DNA of 64,000 bases from positions 1-64,000 of IMG/VR virus record IMGVR_UViG_3300032007_000065. One strand, 5' to 3'. How positions within the stretch are numbered: the first letter of the stretch is position 1; every line of letters begins with the position of its first letter. The notes below the pieces were generated by a model, which was not told the DNA's origin, did not search any database, and saw only the letters and a list, made by a program, of their open reading frames with translations. The translations under genes and the position numbers were made by a program. The stretch comes from a virus (lineage: Duplodnaviria; Caudoviricetes). This document shows, one piece after another, positions 33,817-43,480 of the stretch.

Positions 33817-35061
33817 TCAACTCTGGCTGTCGTCCAGCGACAACGGTCGATAGAAACTAGGCTGGTTCATTCTGGTTTCGAAGATGATGTCCATGGCAAT
33901 GTCGATGGACTCTTCGGCTCGCGTGATCGATGTGTACTCGACCTTTCGAGTCATCTCGGCATCTCCGAACCACTGATCGATAAAGAGCACTCTCGGGTAC
34001 TCGGAGCCCTGCGACGAGTGCGTCGTAATAGCGTAGGCATACTCGAACTTCTCGAACTGGGTGAAGCCATGGTTCTTCCGCTCTTCATAGTCCATCTTGA
34101 TGTAGTTGGCATCGATCTGGAGATTGAAGAACTCTTCATCGGAGATGTCCGGCTGGAAATCGATTGACAGGAATCGGCCGCCACTGAGTGACCGGTGGAT
34201 GTCGGTGACGACTCCAGCGAGGCCGTTCGTCAGGAAGATGTTTCCTTCGATAGACCGCTCCCAGTTGTTCTGGCGACAGATGACCTTGTCGCCGATGACC
34301 GGCAGTGGGTTTCGAATGCCGAGCACCTCTTCCCGGATGTAGTGGTTGATGTTATCCCGTGTCCGGTTCCTGGCCGTGATGATGGCGTCGTAGTCTCGGA
34401 AGTTCTCTCCGAGTCGGATCTGGGGCATGACGCGACACTTGCCATAGGAGCCATACGGGATCGGTTTGTGGTTCAGGACGCACTGAGACAGATAGACGAT
34501 AGGGTCGTCCTCCGCCTGGCGCATGATCTTCGTCAATCGAAAGTTCGGCATGGCCATGACCGACGAGACGCCGAAGACCGGCGGCAGTTGGTTCATGTCT
34601 CCGATGAAAATGGTCTTGACACCGAAGCTCAGGATGTCTTCGGCCAGGTCGTCGTTGACCATGGTGGCTTCGTCGACGATGATGAGTTCGAGACCCGACG
34701 TCAGATTCGGCTTCAGGTGGAATTCGACCTTCATCTTCGGCTCACCGTTCGGCTTGTAGATGGGGAATCCTTCGGCGTCCTTCTGTTCGACCCACTCGAC
34801 CTGATAGATGAGCGAATGGATCGTCGACGCCGGAAGGCCATGTCTCGACAGGACCGTCACCGCCTTACCGACGTAAGCAACGGCGATGTAGTCCTTCAGG
34901 TCGAGCTCTTCAATGAATGACTTGATGACCGTCGTCTTGCCGGTGCCGGCAGCTCCCGTGTACGAGAACCACTGGGGCGACGACGGTGACCGATACCAGG
35001 CGCAGAGCCGTTTCACCAGCTCATGTTGCTCGTCGGTCAGATCAATGTGCTTCCAGGCCAT
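33817..35061 (-). CDS. SF1B (RecD2/Dda-like) DNA helicase
   Basis: GAAGTGKTT, IIVDEATMV, IGDMNQLPPV, IMRQ, YAITTHSSQGSEY, YTSITRA. Confidence 0.92.
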   Translation of the reverse strand: MAWKHIDLTDEQHELVKRLCAWYRSPSSPQWFSYTGAAGTGKTTVIKSFIEELDLKDYIAVAYVGKAVTVLSRHGLPASTIHSLIYQVEWVEQKDAEGFPIYKPNGEPKMKVEFHLKPNLTSGLELIIVDEATMVNDDLAEDILSFGVKTIFIGDMNQLPPVFGVSSVMAMPNFRLTKIMRQAEDDPIVYLSQCVLNHKPIPYGSYGKCRVMPQIRLGENFRDYDAIITARNRTRDNINHYIREEVLGIRNPLPVIGDKVICRQNNWERSIEGNIFLTNGLAGVVTDIHRSLSGGRFLSIDFQPDISDEEFFNLQIDANYIKMDYEERKNHGFTQFEKFEYAYAITTHSSQGSEYPRVLFIDQWFGDAEMTRKVEYTSITRAEESIDIAMDIIFETRMNQPSFYRPLSLDDSQS

Positions 35062-35847
35062 TCAGTTCAACTCCTTCAGGATGCGTTCTTCGTAGTTGGT
35101 GGCGACCCGTTCCATGATGATGGCTCGAGTGATGACACCGATGCCACCGATCTTTGGAGTCGTGGCAATGGAACCGGCATCGATCGGCAGATTCTCCCAG
35201 TAGCTGAGGTCGAAGTTGTTGCCGATGTCGATGAGAATGGTGCCACTGTGCAGCAGATCACCCTGGAACTTTGTGCCATAGGGAGCCGTTGAAACGACGA
35301 CGTCGGCGACATCAATGAGACTCTTCAATCTTTCGTTCCCCGTCTTCGAGTGGGCCACAATGACGGTCTTGTCGATGCCGAGAAGTCGGCGGGCGATGAC
35401 CTTCCCAATGGAGTCGCTGCGACCGATGACCAGGACGGTGTCGCCGTCGGTTGAGACGATACGCCGATCGAAGATCGCCATGGCAGCTTCGACGACGGCC
35501 TTCTCATAGGGTGTGCCGAAGCCATCGTCGACGGACAGAGATCTGTCGTTGTCGTACGGGATACTGAGCCCAGCTCCACTAAGAGAGACATAGCCGTCGA
35601 TGACACGTTCACCTTTGACGACAGAGTCGATGTCCGATTGTGTATAGGCATCAAATACTTCGATGCCGACGTCTTTGGCGGTCTTCTTCAGCATGCGGCT
35701 GAAGATTAGGTCGTCTTCGGCATTGCTGCCGTTCAGCAGCATCAGTGTCGGGTCGGCGAATCCGAGATCAGTCTTCTTATGAATGCGACCTCTGGTGACG
35801 CCGTTCGTAATATTGGCGATGTATTGACAGTCCAGATAGTGGACCAT
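35062..35847 (-). CDS. folD: FolD-like methylene-THF dehydrogenase, divergent
   Basis: VIGRSDSIGK, TVIVAHSKT, ADVVV, ILIDIG, TPKIGGIGVIT; the N-terminal catalytic YxxxK appears to be altered. Confidence 0.8.
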   Translation of the reverse strand: MVHYLDCQYIANITNGVTRGRIHKKTDLGFADPTLMLLNGSNAEDDLIFSRMLKKTAKDVGIEVFDAYTQSDIDSVVKGERVIDGYVSLSGAGLSIPYDNDRSLSVDDGFGTPYEKAVVEAAMAIFDRRIVSTDGDTVLVIGRSDSIGKVIARRLLGIDKTVIVAHSKTGNERLKSLIDVADVVVSTAPYGTKFQGDLLHSGTILIDIGNNFDLSYWENLPIDAGSIATTPKIGGIGVITRAIIMERVATNYEERILKELN

Positions 35848-35906
35848 AGGATCAACTCCTTTACGAATTTCTTAGTTTAGATGAAAGTTAAAACGATGAT
35901 AGAGCA

Positions 35907-36353
35907 CTAGGCTCTATCATCTTGCAGTAGGGACGGATTCAGGTCTTTCGTTTCGGCAGTTCGTTTCCAGCTCAGCGACCATGTGCCGCAGTTTCGGCAC
36001 TGACTGATGACGACGAAGACATTCGAGTGGAGCTCGGGCTCCGGAAGGTCTGCAGCGTCTTCAATGTCGTTCGGCACGTCGTTCGGCCATGGGATCTGGG
36101 TGATCTTTCCATGGTCAAAGTCATCTGGGTCGACACAGCAGCTCAACTCCTGACGTATCCAATGATACATGGTACGTCCGGGACGCAGTATGCCAATCGA
36201 CAGTGTCACGTAGCCGATGACGTAGCGGTCGACAAACTCACAGGGTTGACTGTACTGGAGTTTCGGATCCCAGTTGGTGCCCATCGGTGGCGACGGGCAT
36301 CTTCGGACTCTCGCAGTCTCAAGGGTTGTCGGTGTGTTGATCATGACCGTCAT
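35907..36353 (-). CDS. Hypothetical protein with CxxC
   Basis: 148 aa, SD GAAGGAG, SQCRNCG near the C-terminus. Confidence 0.65.
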   Translation of the reverse strand: MTVMINTPTTLETARVRRCPSPPMGTNWDPKLQYSQPCEFVDRYVIGYVTLSIGILRPGRTMYHWIRQELSCCVDPDDFDHGKITQIPWPNDVPNDIEDAADLPEPELHSNVFVVISQCRNCGTWSLSWKRTAETKDLNPSLLQDDRA

Positions 36354-37068
36354 TCTCCTTCTTTGGAGAAACCATTGTGCTCATTACCAGTTCTCCATTA
36401 CCCATTCGTACCAAATCGGGAATGTGGGTCATGTCCATCGTCGTACGGAATTCTTTCATCTGCGATGCGAACTTCAGGATCTTGATCGGATCCGGAATGT
36501 CGGCTTCGTCGTCGTAGAGTGGGCGATACTCCTCATCGTAGATGCGCTTCTGGAAAGACGTCGACGTGATGTCCATGGTGACGACGTCGGCGTTGTAGCT
36601 GTTCGGGTTGCCGTCGGCGGGTACGGCGTCGTCCTTTTTCTGAAGTCCGACAACTCTCGAAATGCCGGCGTTGACGATGAGTCGATGGCAGATCAGACAG
36701 GGAGATGGGTTGGCATAACGGCCGTCTTTCTCGATGCCAACGATGTAGAGAGTCGAGCCGATCATGTCACGCCGTGCGGCGGATATGATGGCATTCATCT
36801 CGGCATGGACTGACAGACATAGGTTGTAGCCCTTACCCTTCTCGACGTTGGCGACGTCGCGCATGCAGATGCCCATGTCGGTGCAGTTGATGCAGTCTCT
36901 CGGCGAGCCGTTGTAGCCCGTTGCCAGGATCTCGTCGTTCTTGACGATGACGGCACCGTAGTGACGACGCTGACACGTCGACTTCAGTGCCACTGCTTGG
37001 GCGATACTGAGATAGTACCGATCCTTCGACATCTGTTTGATGTATCCAGCTTTGGTGGTATCGGACAC
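36319..37068 (-). CDS. dCMP deaminase (ComEB-like) with C-terminal extension
   Basis: STCQRRHYGAVIV, TGYNG, HAEMNAI, PCLIC; GTG 37068 after AAAGGAG. Confidence 0.9.
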   Translation of the reverse strand: MSDTTKAGYIKQMSKDRYYLSIAQAVALKSTCQRRHYGAVIVKNDEILATGYNGSPRDCINCTDMGICMRDVANVEKGKGYNLCLSVHAEMNAIISAARRDMIGSTLYIVGIEKDGRYANPSPCLICHRLIVNAGISRVVGLQKKDDAVPADGNPNSYNADVVTMDITSTSFQKRIYDEEYRPLYDDEADIPDPIKILKFASQMKEFRTTMDMTHIPDLVRMGNGELVMSTMVSPKKENDGHDQHTDNP

Positions 37069-37201
37069 AGCTGTCACTCCTTTCATTCGTTTCGTGTTCA
37101 AAACGATTTTAACTGGGTGTGGAATTCTACATAGAAATCCGAACATGGCCGTTTCAACGATATATCATTCAGTCGACACCAAATAAAGGAGGTACAACAG
37201 C

Positions 37202-37240
37202 ATGAACATCGGAAACCCAACTGTAGGAGGTGGCCAATGA
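37202..37240 (+). CDS. 12-aa micro-ORF MNIGNPTVGGGQ
   Basis: Strong SD AAAGGAGG 9 nt upstream; stop overlaps the next ATG (ATGA). Confidence 0.4.
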   Translation: MNIGNPTVGGGQ

Positions 37241-37488
37241 ACCTCATAACCGCGGTCAATGCCGCCTGCATTTTCGTCGGTCTGTCACTACTGCTGCTGT
37301 CCATTGTGGCAACGGGTCTGGAGGAACGTCGAATCATCGCAGATCGAAACCTGTCGAAGACCTTCACAGTATCGACGGCAATTGTCATCGGTGCAGTCAT
37401 GGTCTTTGACGTCGTTCTCGTTAGAATCGGACGGCTGACGACCGGAGAACTCGTGGAAATACTGGAGGAGATACTCATATGGTGCTGA
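37237..37488 (+). CDS. Small membrane protein
   Basis: 83 aa, two TM segments, SD AGGAGG. Confidence 0.7.
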   Translation: MNLITAVNAACIFVGLSLLLLSIVATGLEERRIIADRNLSKTFTVSTAIVIGAVMVFDVVLVRIGRLTTGELVEILEEILIWC

Positions 37489-37673
37489 GAATCTGGGTCA
37501 TCGTAACTGCATCGATTGCACTGGTCTGTCATCTGGGCGTCATGTACCTGGAGATTCGCCAGCAGGTCGACAAACATCCGAACGTCTACTACTGGTTCAT
37601 GGAGATTCGCCGACCCGCAGCAGCGGCGGCAATCACCGGATTCGTCTGTCAACTCATTACGACGCCGAAATAG
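37479..37673 (+). CDS. Small membrane protein
   Basis: 64 aa, hydrophobic, SD GGAGGAG. Confidence 0.65.
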   Translation: MVLRIWVIVTASIALVCHLGVMYLEIRQQVDKHPNVYYWFMEIRRPAAAAAITGFVCQLITTPK

Positions 37674-37683
37674 GAGAATGCCA

Positions 37684-37881
37684 ATGATTGAAGCAATTGG
37701 ATCGGTTCTGCCGCTCATACTTATTTTGACGGTGGTGTTTGACCTGTTCTTCACCATCGTTAAACCACCCAATTCGAGACTCCTGAGACGGGTTTACTTC
37801 TTTGGACACAACGTCATTCTCCCCTGTCTCATCTGGCTCAGCTGTTTGTTTACGTTTGCATTTCTGCTCCACGTATTCTGA
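37684..37881 (+). CDS. Small membrane protein
   Basis: 65 aa, two hydrophobic segments, SD AGGAG. Confidence 0.65.
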   Translation: MIEAIGSVLPLILILTVVFDLFFTIVKPPNSRLLRRVYFFGHNVILPCLIWLSCLFTFAFLLHVF

Positions 37882-37892
37882 CCGCATATCAT
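37882..37892 (+). promoter_or_regulatory. Phage promoter motif CCGCATATCAT
   Basis: Motif copy upstream of the ligase gene. Confidence 0.65.
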
Positions 37893-37917
37893 TCTACCGA
37901 AAGAGAGGTGAAAGAAT

Positions 37918-40098
37918 TTGGCACTGAGAACCAATGTCATCGGCAGTTGTCAGAGCATCCACGGCCGCATCGTCCAGGGCAAGATCACCGTCGATGAGGT
38001 CGTCAAGAAGTACCAACGGGACTTCGAACTGGCCGCCCATGACATCATCAACGAATGGGAGGAACGTCATTCTCTGAATGAAGTGACTCGCCGAAACCTG
38101 AAGTCGTACCTCATGATCTGTCTCGACGTCTACACGTACTCCGAGATGGGCGACGTCATGATCCCGGACTGGACCTATGACCGAGTCATGACCATCTGGT
38201 GCGACCTGACGTCGAATGAGCGACTGTCGAAGGCCGACTACATCCAGTCGAAGACCATCTGGTCGTTCGTGAAGCATGAAGCACCGTTCATGGTCGGCAC
38301 CATCAGTCGGAAAATCTACGACCTTCCAACACTGGAGTTCTTCCTGAAGGAGCTCCGGAGAGACGGCTATCGGCGACTGTTGTATGCACCGAAATTCGAT
38401 GGTATCTCGTCTGCGGTGACGCTGAAGGACGGCAAGATCACCCGAGCCGTCACCCGCAACAACGGTGTCGAAGGTCAGGACATCACCGACCTCATCGTCG
38501 CCATGAATCGGGTCAAGAAGATCTTTGACCGTTCCATGCCCGACGGCTACTACAAGTGTGAACTCGTGGTGACGACGGCGGATCTCGACGAACTGACGAA
38601 GATCAAGCCCTACAAGAATCGCCGGTCGGCAGCGTCGGCCATCGTGTCGACTCCGAGCAACATCATGTACGCCGAGTACCTGACGGCCCTGCCGTTGGCC
38701 TGGGTGAACTTCGAAGGAAGTCGACTCCAGTATCTGGCCTGGAAACAGGTCGAAGCCTACGTCGACGATCCGACGAGTTTCGACACCATGACGGTCTACG
38801 ACAACATCGAACGGATCCTGGCGCACATCCGCAGCGCCGACTATCCGGTCCGTGTCGACGGCGTCGTCATCTTCCCGGTCCACGACGTCACATCCGAAGA
38901 GCCGAACACCGTCGATCTCATGGCCAATGCACTGGCATACAAGGTCAACACCCAGGAGAACCGGACGACCATCGACCACGTCTACGTCTCCGTCGGACGA
39001 ATGGGCATCGCCCGTCCGATGGCCAAGGTAACGCCGGTCGAGGTCAACGAAACCATCGTCCAGGACGTCTCCATCGGCTCCTGGTCGATCTTCGGCGCCC
39101 TGAATCTACACGAACACGAAGACGTCATCGTCTATTCGGCAGGTGACGTCATCCCGCAGATCAAGATGCCGGAGCCGAGAAACTATCCGAGAAATGCCAA
39201 GAGAATCCAGGTCGACATGAGGTGTCCGTACTGTGGCCATCGTCTCCAGCACAAGAACACCGATGTCGCCGCCAACGAGTGGGTCTGTGGCTATCCGAAG
39301 TGCAACCGAGTCGTCGCCGGGCGCATCGTGAACTTTCTCGACAAGCTCGACATCGCCGAGGGCTTCCGTGACCAGGTGTTCTTCAAACTGGCGAAGGACT
39401 ATCTGGTCCAGTCCATCGACGATCTCTTCACGCTTCAGAACCACTATGAGGAGCTCGTCAAGTCCATGGGCAGCCAACTCCAAGCTGACAAGCTGCTCGA
39501 CGGTCTCAAGGAGCTGACGACGAAGAAGTTCGAAGTTTCCGACGTCATCGGAGCATTGGGCATCGACGGCATCGGTCCCAAGACCTGTAAGGCGATCTTT
39601 GCCGACGTGACCCTGGATTCGCTGCTGGAGCTGAAGAAGAATCGCATCTACTTCGCACTGCTCGGCATCCCGAACATCGGCGATGCAACGGCGAAAGTCT
39701 TCTCGGACTTCCTCATCGAGAACCATGATCTCATCGAGTTCCTTCAGGAGCACATGAACATCACAGACGACTCCATCACCTACGGCAACATCGTCTTCAC
39801 GGGGTTCCGTAACAAGGACTACGCCGAGATCTTCAAGACACTCGGGTTCCCGACGAGAGACAGCATTACCACCGACACCGTAGCCGTCGTCTATGCAGGC
39901 GACACGACGTCGACGAAGGCCAAGAAGGCCATCCAGAAGAACATCCCGCTGGTCCACTTCGGCCAGATCGACGACCTCGTCGATGAAATCAAGCGGCGCC
40001 GTGTCCAGTTAGAGAACCAGAACATCAGCTACGGCAAGGGCTCTCTGGTCCGAGACATCTCTCGGAACGTCCGGACCTACAGCGACATATCATCGTGA
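37918..40098 (+). CDS. ligA: NAD-dependent DNA ligase
   Basis: Adenylation KFDG, TRNNGVEGQDIT, DGVVI, AYK, AGDVIPQI, Zn finger CPYC...C...C, HhH repeats, BRCT-like end. Confidence 0.95.
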   Translation: MALRTNVIGSCQSIHGRIVQGKITVDEVVKKYQRDFELAAHDIINEWEERHSLNEVTRRNLKSYLMICLDVYTYSEMGDVMIPDWTYDRVMTIWCDLTSNERLSKADYIQSKTIWSFVKHEAPFMVGTISRKIYDLPTLEFFLKELRRDGYRRLLYAPKFDGISSAVTLKDGKITRAVTRNNGVEGQDITDLIVAMNRVKKIFDRSMPDGYYKCELVVTTADLDELTKIKPYKNRRSAASAIVSTPSNIMYAEYLTALPLAWVNFEGSRLQYLAWKQVEAYVDDPTSFDTMTVYDNIERILAHIRSADYPVRVDGVVIFPVHDVTSEEPNTVDLMANALAYKVNTQENRTTIDHVYVSVGRMGIARPMAKVTPVEVNETIVQDVSIGSWSIFGALNLHEHEDVIVYSAGDVIPQIKMPEPRNYPRNAKRIQVDMRCPYCGHRLQHKNTDVAANEWVCGYPKCNRVVAGRIVNFLDKLDIAEGFRDQVFFKLAKDYLVQSIDDLFTLQNHYEELVKSMGSQLQADKLLDGLKELTTKKFEVSDVIGALGIDGIGPKTCKAIFADVTLDSLLELKKNRIYFALLGIPNIGDATAKVFSDFLIENHDLIEFLQEHMNITDDSITYGNIVFTGFRNKDYAEIFKTLGFPTRDSITTDTVAVVYAGDTTSTKAKKAIQKNIPLVHFGQIDDLVDEIKRRRVQLENQNISYGKGSLVRDISRNVRTYSDISS

Positions 40099-40160
40099 CG
40101 GTGTAGAATCGGACCGTCAATTCGACATCGTCAGTAAATTAAACTAGTAGGAGGATCGAT

Positions 40161-40901
40161 ATGAATCAAAACATGCAAATCGGTGCAGAGCGCAGCCATT
40201 ATCTCGTGAGTCCAGCAGATGAAGTCCAGAGGACGCTGCTGGAGCAGGTGGAACACGCCTGTCGCCGAGAATTGATTCAGACGTACAAGATCAACCTGAA
40301 TCCGGGCTACATGACGACCATCGCCTGCGTCTATGCGGAGTCCATCGTCAGGACGCTGACCCGGCTCATGAAGGAGCAGCCCGACGGCAGTTCCATCGAC
40401 TTCCTGGGCCTATTCTCCGTCGGCTACACGAATCGTCAGAACGACGATGCCGACAAGGACGGCAACATCAACGTCAAGTACGTGCCCGGAGAAATCATCG
40501 ACTCCATTATGGAGCGCGACTTCGCTCCGACGATCACCCCGGAGCAGTGGAAGGGCACCATCATCGAAGTCGTCGAGCGCGAGTGTGGCAAGATGCTGGC
40601 GACGAAGCACAAGATGAATGCCAACTATTCGTACAACTGGACCATCGTCGCCTACGTCTACTTCCAGTATCTCTTCCGGACCCTGAAGGTGCTGACGAAG
40701 GCGGCCTTCGAGAACGGCAAGACCATGGCAATGATCAACTTCCTGGAGGTCTTTGAGGCCCACGGCATCATGGAGCAGATCCCGATGGAAGACAATCCCG
40801 AGATCGTCAACGAGAAGATCACGGTGAAGATTCGTCCCGGCTTCCAGAGCAAGCTGCTCATCAAGGACGATGATACAACCGAGCTTCAGGGTGACGACTG
40901 A
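40161..40901 (+). CDS. Two-repeat protein, possibly tandem HU/IHF-like
   Basis: Halves both read helix-RTL...I(D/N)FL..F...VK..PG. Confidence 0.45.
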   Translation: MNQNMQIGAERSHYLVSPADEVQRTLLEQVEHACRRELIQTYKINLNPGYMTTIACVYAESIVRTLTRLMKEQPDGSSIDFLGLFSVGYTNRQNDDADKDGNINVKYVPGEIIDSIMERDFAPTITPEQWKGTIIEVVERECGKMLATKHKMNANYSYNWTIVAYVYFQYLFRTLKVLTKAAFENGKTMAMINFLEVFEAHGIMEQIPMEDNPEIVNEKITVKIRPGFQSKLLIKDDDTTELQGDD

Positions 40902-41305
40902 TGGCTCCGAGAACCAGAACAGCTCACGATGGGGAGACCCGTCGTGAGCTGAAGGCTTCCTACATCCGGAGCAGTCGCGACGAGAAGTACGCCGCTCTAA
41001 GGACGGCCATCGAGACCGTTAAGGCGTATCTGGCGGAGCACCATCCGGACGCAACCATCGTGCCGTCGCCCGACGTCAAGAAGACGTCCCAGAAACTCGA
41101 AGACTTCATGTCTGGCACCGAAGGAGTCATTCGGATCATGGACATCCGGTTCGCCGGACCCTACGACCGAGACGACTTCAGCCGTGCCATGTTCCACGCA
41201 AACGAAGAGAAGTTCCCGAAGTTTCTCATTGTCATTCTGCCGGGGTTCGGAGACAACATCTGCTCCGTCTCCATGAGACGCCGGCGGACTGACCGGAAAG
41301 GATAG
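40901..41305 (+). CDS. Paralog family X member 1
   Basis: 134 aa; ends VSMRRR like the neighbours at 41866-43480. Confidence 0.7.
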   Translation: MAPRTRTAHDGETRRELKASYIRSSRDEKYAALRTAIETVKAYLAEHHPDATIVPSPDVKKTSQKLEDFMSGTEGVIRIMDIRFAGPYDRDDFSRAMFHANEEKFPKFLIVILPGFGDNICSVSMRRRRTDRKG

Positions 41306-41307
41306 AC

Positions 41308-41841
41308 ATGTACTACGGAGAGATCAAGAACTACGACATCGCAAACGGCTACGGAGTCAGAGTGTCGCTCTTCGTCTCCGGATGCCGCAACCACTGTCCC
41401 GGATGTTTCCAGCCGCAGACCTGGGACTTCCACTATGGGAAACCGTTCACCAGAGAGACGGCCGACCAGATCATTGAATGGCTGAAGCCGGACTATATCA
41501 ATGGCCTCAGTCTGCTCGGTGGCGATCCATTCGAGATCGAGAACCAGATGGCTCTGATCCCATTTCTCGAGAGAGTCTGTGACGAGGTACCCGGCAAAGA
41601 CATCTGGTGCTACACCGGCTACACGCTGGAGCAGATCCTCAGCGACCCGAAGCTGCTCGACGGCTACGGCGCCAAGATGCTGAGCTTCATCGACGTACTC
41701 GTCGACGGACCGTTCATCGAAGACCAGAAGGACATCTCCCTGAAGTTCAGGGGATCCCGCAACCAGCGCATCATCAATCTGGCGGCGATGCGCAGAACTA
41801 ACATACCGTATACCGGCGACCTTATACTCTGGGATCGCTGA
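41308..41841 (+). CDS. nrdG: Anaerobic ribonucleotide reductase activating protein
   Basis: SGCRNHCPGCF radical-SAM motif, LLGGDPF, DVLVDGPF, FRGSRNQRII. Confidence 0.95.
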   Translation: MYYGEIKNYDIANGYGVRVSLFVSGCRNHCPGCFQPQTWDFHYGKPFTRETADQIIEWLKPDYINGLSLLGGDPFEIENQMALIPFLERVCDEVPGKDIWCYTGYTLEQILSDPKLLDGYGAKMLSFIDVLVDGPFIEDQKDISLKFRGSRNQRIINLAAMRRTNIPYTGDLILWDR

Positions 41842-41865
41842 ATATTAAGAAGGAGGAACCACAGT

Positions 41866-42399
41866 ATGGACACCAAGACCAGCAGCACCAAGAAGCAGGT
41901 GAGAGGACTGAAGAAGTCTCGCAGCATCTCCTGCACTTACTTCCAGAAGAAGGAAATGGTCAAGACCCTCATCGAAGAAGCCAAGGCATACTTCGGCGCC
42001 TATGGTGTCGAGGTCGAAGAGCTCCAGGCCAATGCCAACACCAAGAAAGGCGAGATCCGCAGCGATTTCTTTAAGGGCAAGCGTCCGCGTGCTCTCTTCA
42101 TTCGCTGCAAGTATGACTCGTCGATCCCGTGCTTCAGCAATGAACGGCTCGAAGCCTGGCGCGAAGAGGTTGCGACGAAGCTGCTGCCCGGCTGGGCTGT
42201 CACCTACAGCATCACCTGTAGCCGCGACTATCCAAAGGACACTGCGCCCGAAAAGATTCCGTCGTTCGGAGAGACCTTACTGAATGCAGAACTCGATATC
42301 GATGACGACCTCGGCCCCTGGGTCGGCAACATTCGCATCGGGCTCGGCCGCACCACTCGCAAAGACTGTGGTGACGACATGAAGAAGGAGGTGAGTTGA
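41866..42399 (+). CDS. Paralog family X member 2
   Basis: 177 aa; DFFKG..PRALFI, NIRIGLGR. Confidence 0.7.
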   Translation: MDTKTSSTKKQVRGLKKSRSISCTYFQKKEMVKTLIEEAKAYFGAYGVEVEELQANANTKKGEIRSDFFKGKRPRALFIRCKYDSSIPCFSNERLEAWREEVATKLLPGWAVTYSITCSRDYPKDTAPEKIPSFGETLLNAELDIDDDLGPWVGNIRIGLGRTTRKDCGDDMKKEVS

Positions 42400-42771
42400 A
42401 TGTCCGCTAAGGTTATCTCGACCGCGGAGGAGCACAACGCCAAGGTTGAGCTTCTGGAGCTGACGAAGAAGGCCAACACCGATACCCTCAACATCTTCCT
42501 GGCGGAGGCCAAGAAGTTCTTCACCGACGAGCACGGCATCGTGCTTCGTGACTGGGACGAATCGAAATTCCAGCGCGAGCGGTTCTTCACCGGCATGTCG
42601 CCGAGGAACTACTTCCTGGCCATCACCCGGCGTCGCTACGAGCCGATGCCGTCGATCGACATTGGTGTCGTTCAGGACTGGGCCGACGAGGTCCACAAGA
42701 AACTGACTGGTTATCTGCCGGTCATCGAGATTCGCGATTCGTTCATTCGCATTGGACTGAAGCGTGAGTGA
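42400..42771 (+). CDS. Paralog family X member 3
   Basis: 123 aa; FFTGMSPRNYFL, FIRIGLKR. Confidence 0.7.
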   Translation: MSAKVISTAEEHNAKVELLELTKKANTDTLNIFLAEAKKFFTDEHGIVLRDWDESKFQRERFFTGMSPRNYFLAITRRRYEPMPSIDIGVVQDWADEVHKKLTGYLPVIEIRDSFIRIGLKRE

Positions 42772-43129
42772 GGTGAGAAATTTGGACAGTCTCGACAGCT
42801 ACGTCATGCCCCATGACGAGAAGGTTGTCTACTGTGATCGGCTCAGGAACTCCGTCATCGATTATATGAAAAAGAAGTATCCGACAACGGACGTCGAAGA
42901 CGATGCCGGAGAGTTCGGTTCAGCTGACTATCAGCAGAAGTTCATCGACGGCGTCATGAGCCGCGCCTTCTTCCTGGCATTCCGGGAGCCGGAGGACTTC
43001 GATCGTACCGGTTTCCGTCACTACATTCAGAATGAACTCCAGTCGACGTTGCCGAAGGTTCGTATTCTGATCCGTGGTGAAGGAGACCATAGCAATTACA
43101 CCTATTCGGTGGGACTGAGACGGAGATAA
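42764..43129 (+). CDS. Paralog family X member 4
   Basis: 121 aa; FIDGVMSRAFFL, YSVGLRRR. Confidence 0.7.
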   Translation: MSEVRNLDSLDSYVMPHDEKVVYCDRLRNSVIDYMKKKYPTTDVEDDAGEFGSADYQQKFIDGVMSRAFFLAFREPEDFDRTGFRHYIQNELQSTLPKVRILIRGEGDHSNYTYSVGLRRR

Positions 43130-43135
43130 CGGACA

Positions 43136-43480
43136 ATGGCAAAGATAACAGTCGAAGATCGAATCGGCTACATTGAGACGTTGGTGCTCGCATTCACCCA
43201 GTACTTCGAAGACAGCAACATCTGGAAAACCCAGCGGATCGATAACGACAGTCCGGGTGTCAAACAGACGTTCTGCATCAATCGGTCTTCGAAACTGGCG
43301 ATCATCTGGATATCGACAATACGACACGACTTTTCGGCCGATGAGCTCGTCCACTTCGCCAAGTTCCTGCAGCGTCTCAACCAGGAGTTCGTAGGTTACG
43401 AGACGTATCTCGAGGTCTCGAACAACGCCGCCGTGATAGGTCTGAAAAGAAAGGCGAAAACCAATGGCAAAACGAATTGA
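43136..43480 (+). CDS. Paralog family X member 5
   Basis: 114 aa; AVIGLKRK. Confidence 0.65.
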   Translation: MAKITVEDRIGYIETLVLAFTQYFEDSNIWKTQRIDNDSPGVKQTFCINRSSKLAIIWISTIRHDFSADELVHFAKFLQRLNQEFVGYETYLEVSNNAAVIGLKRKAKTNGKTN

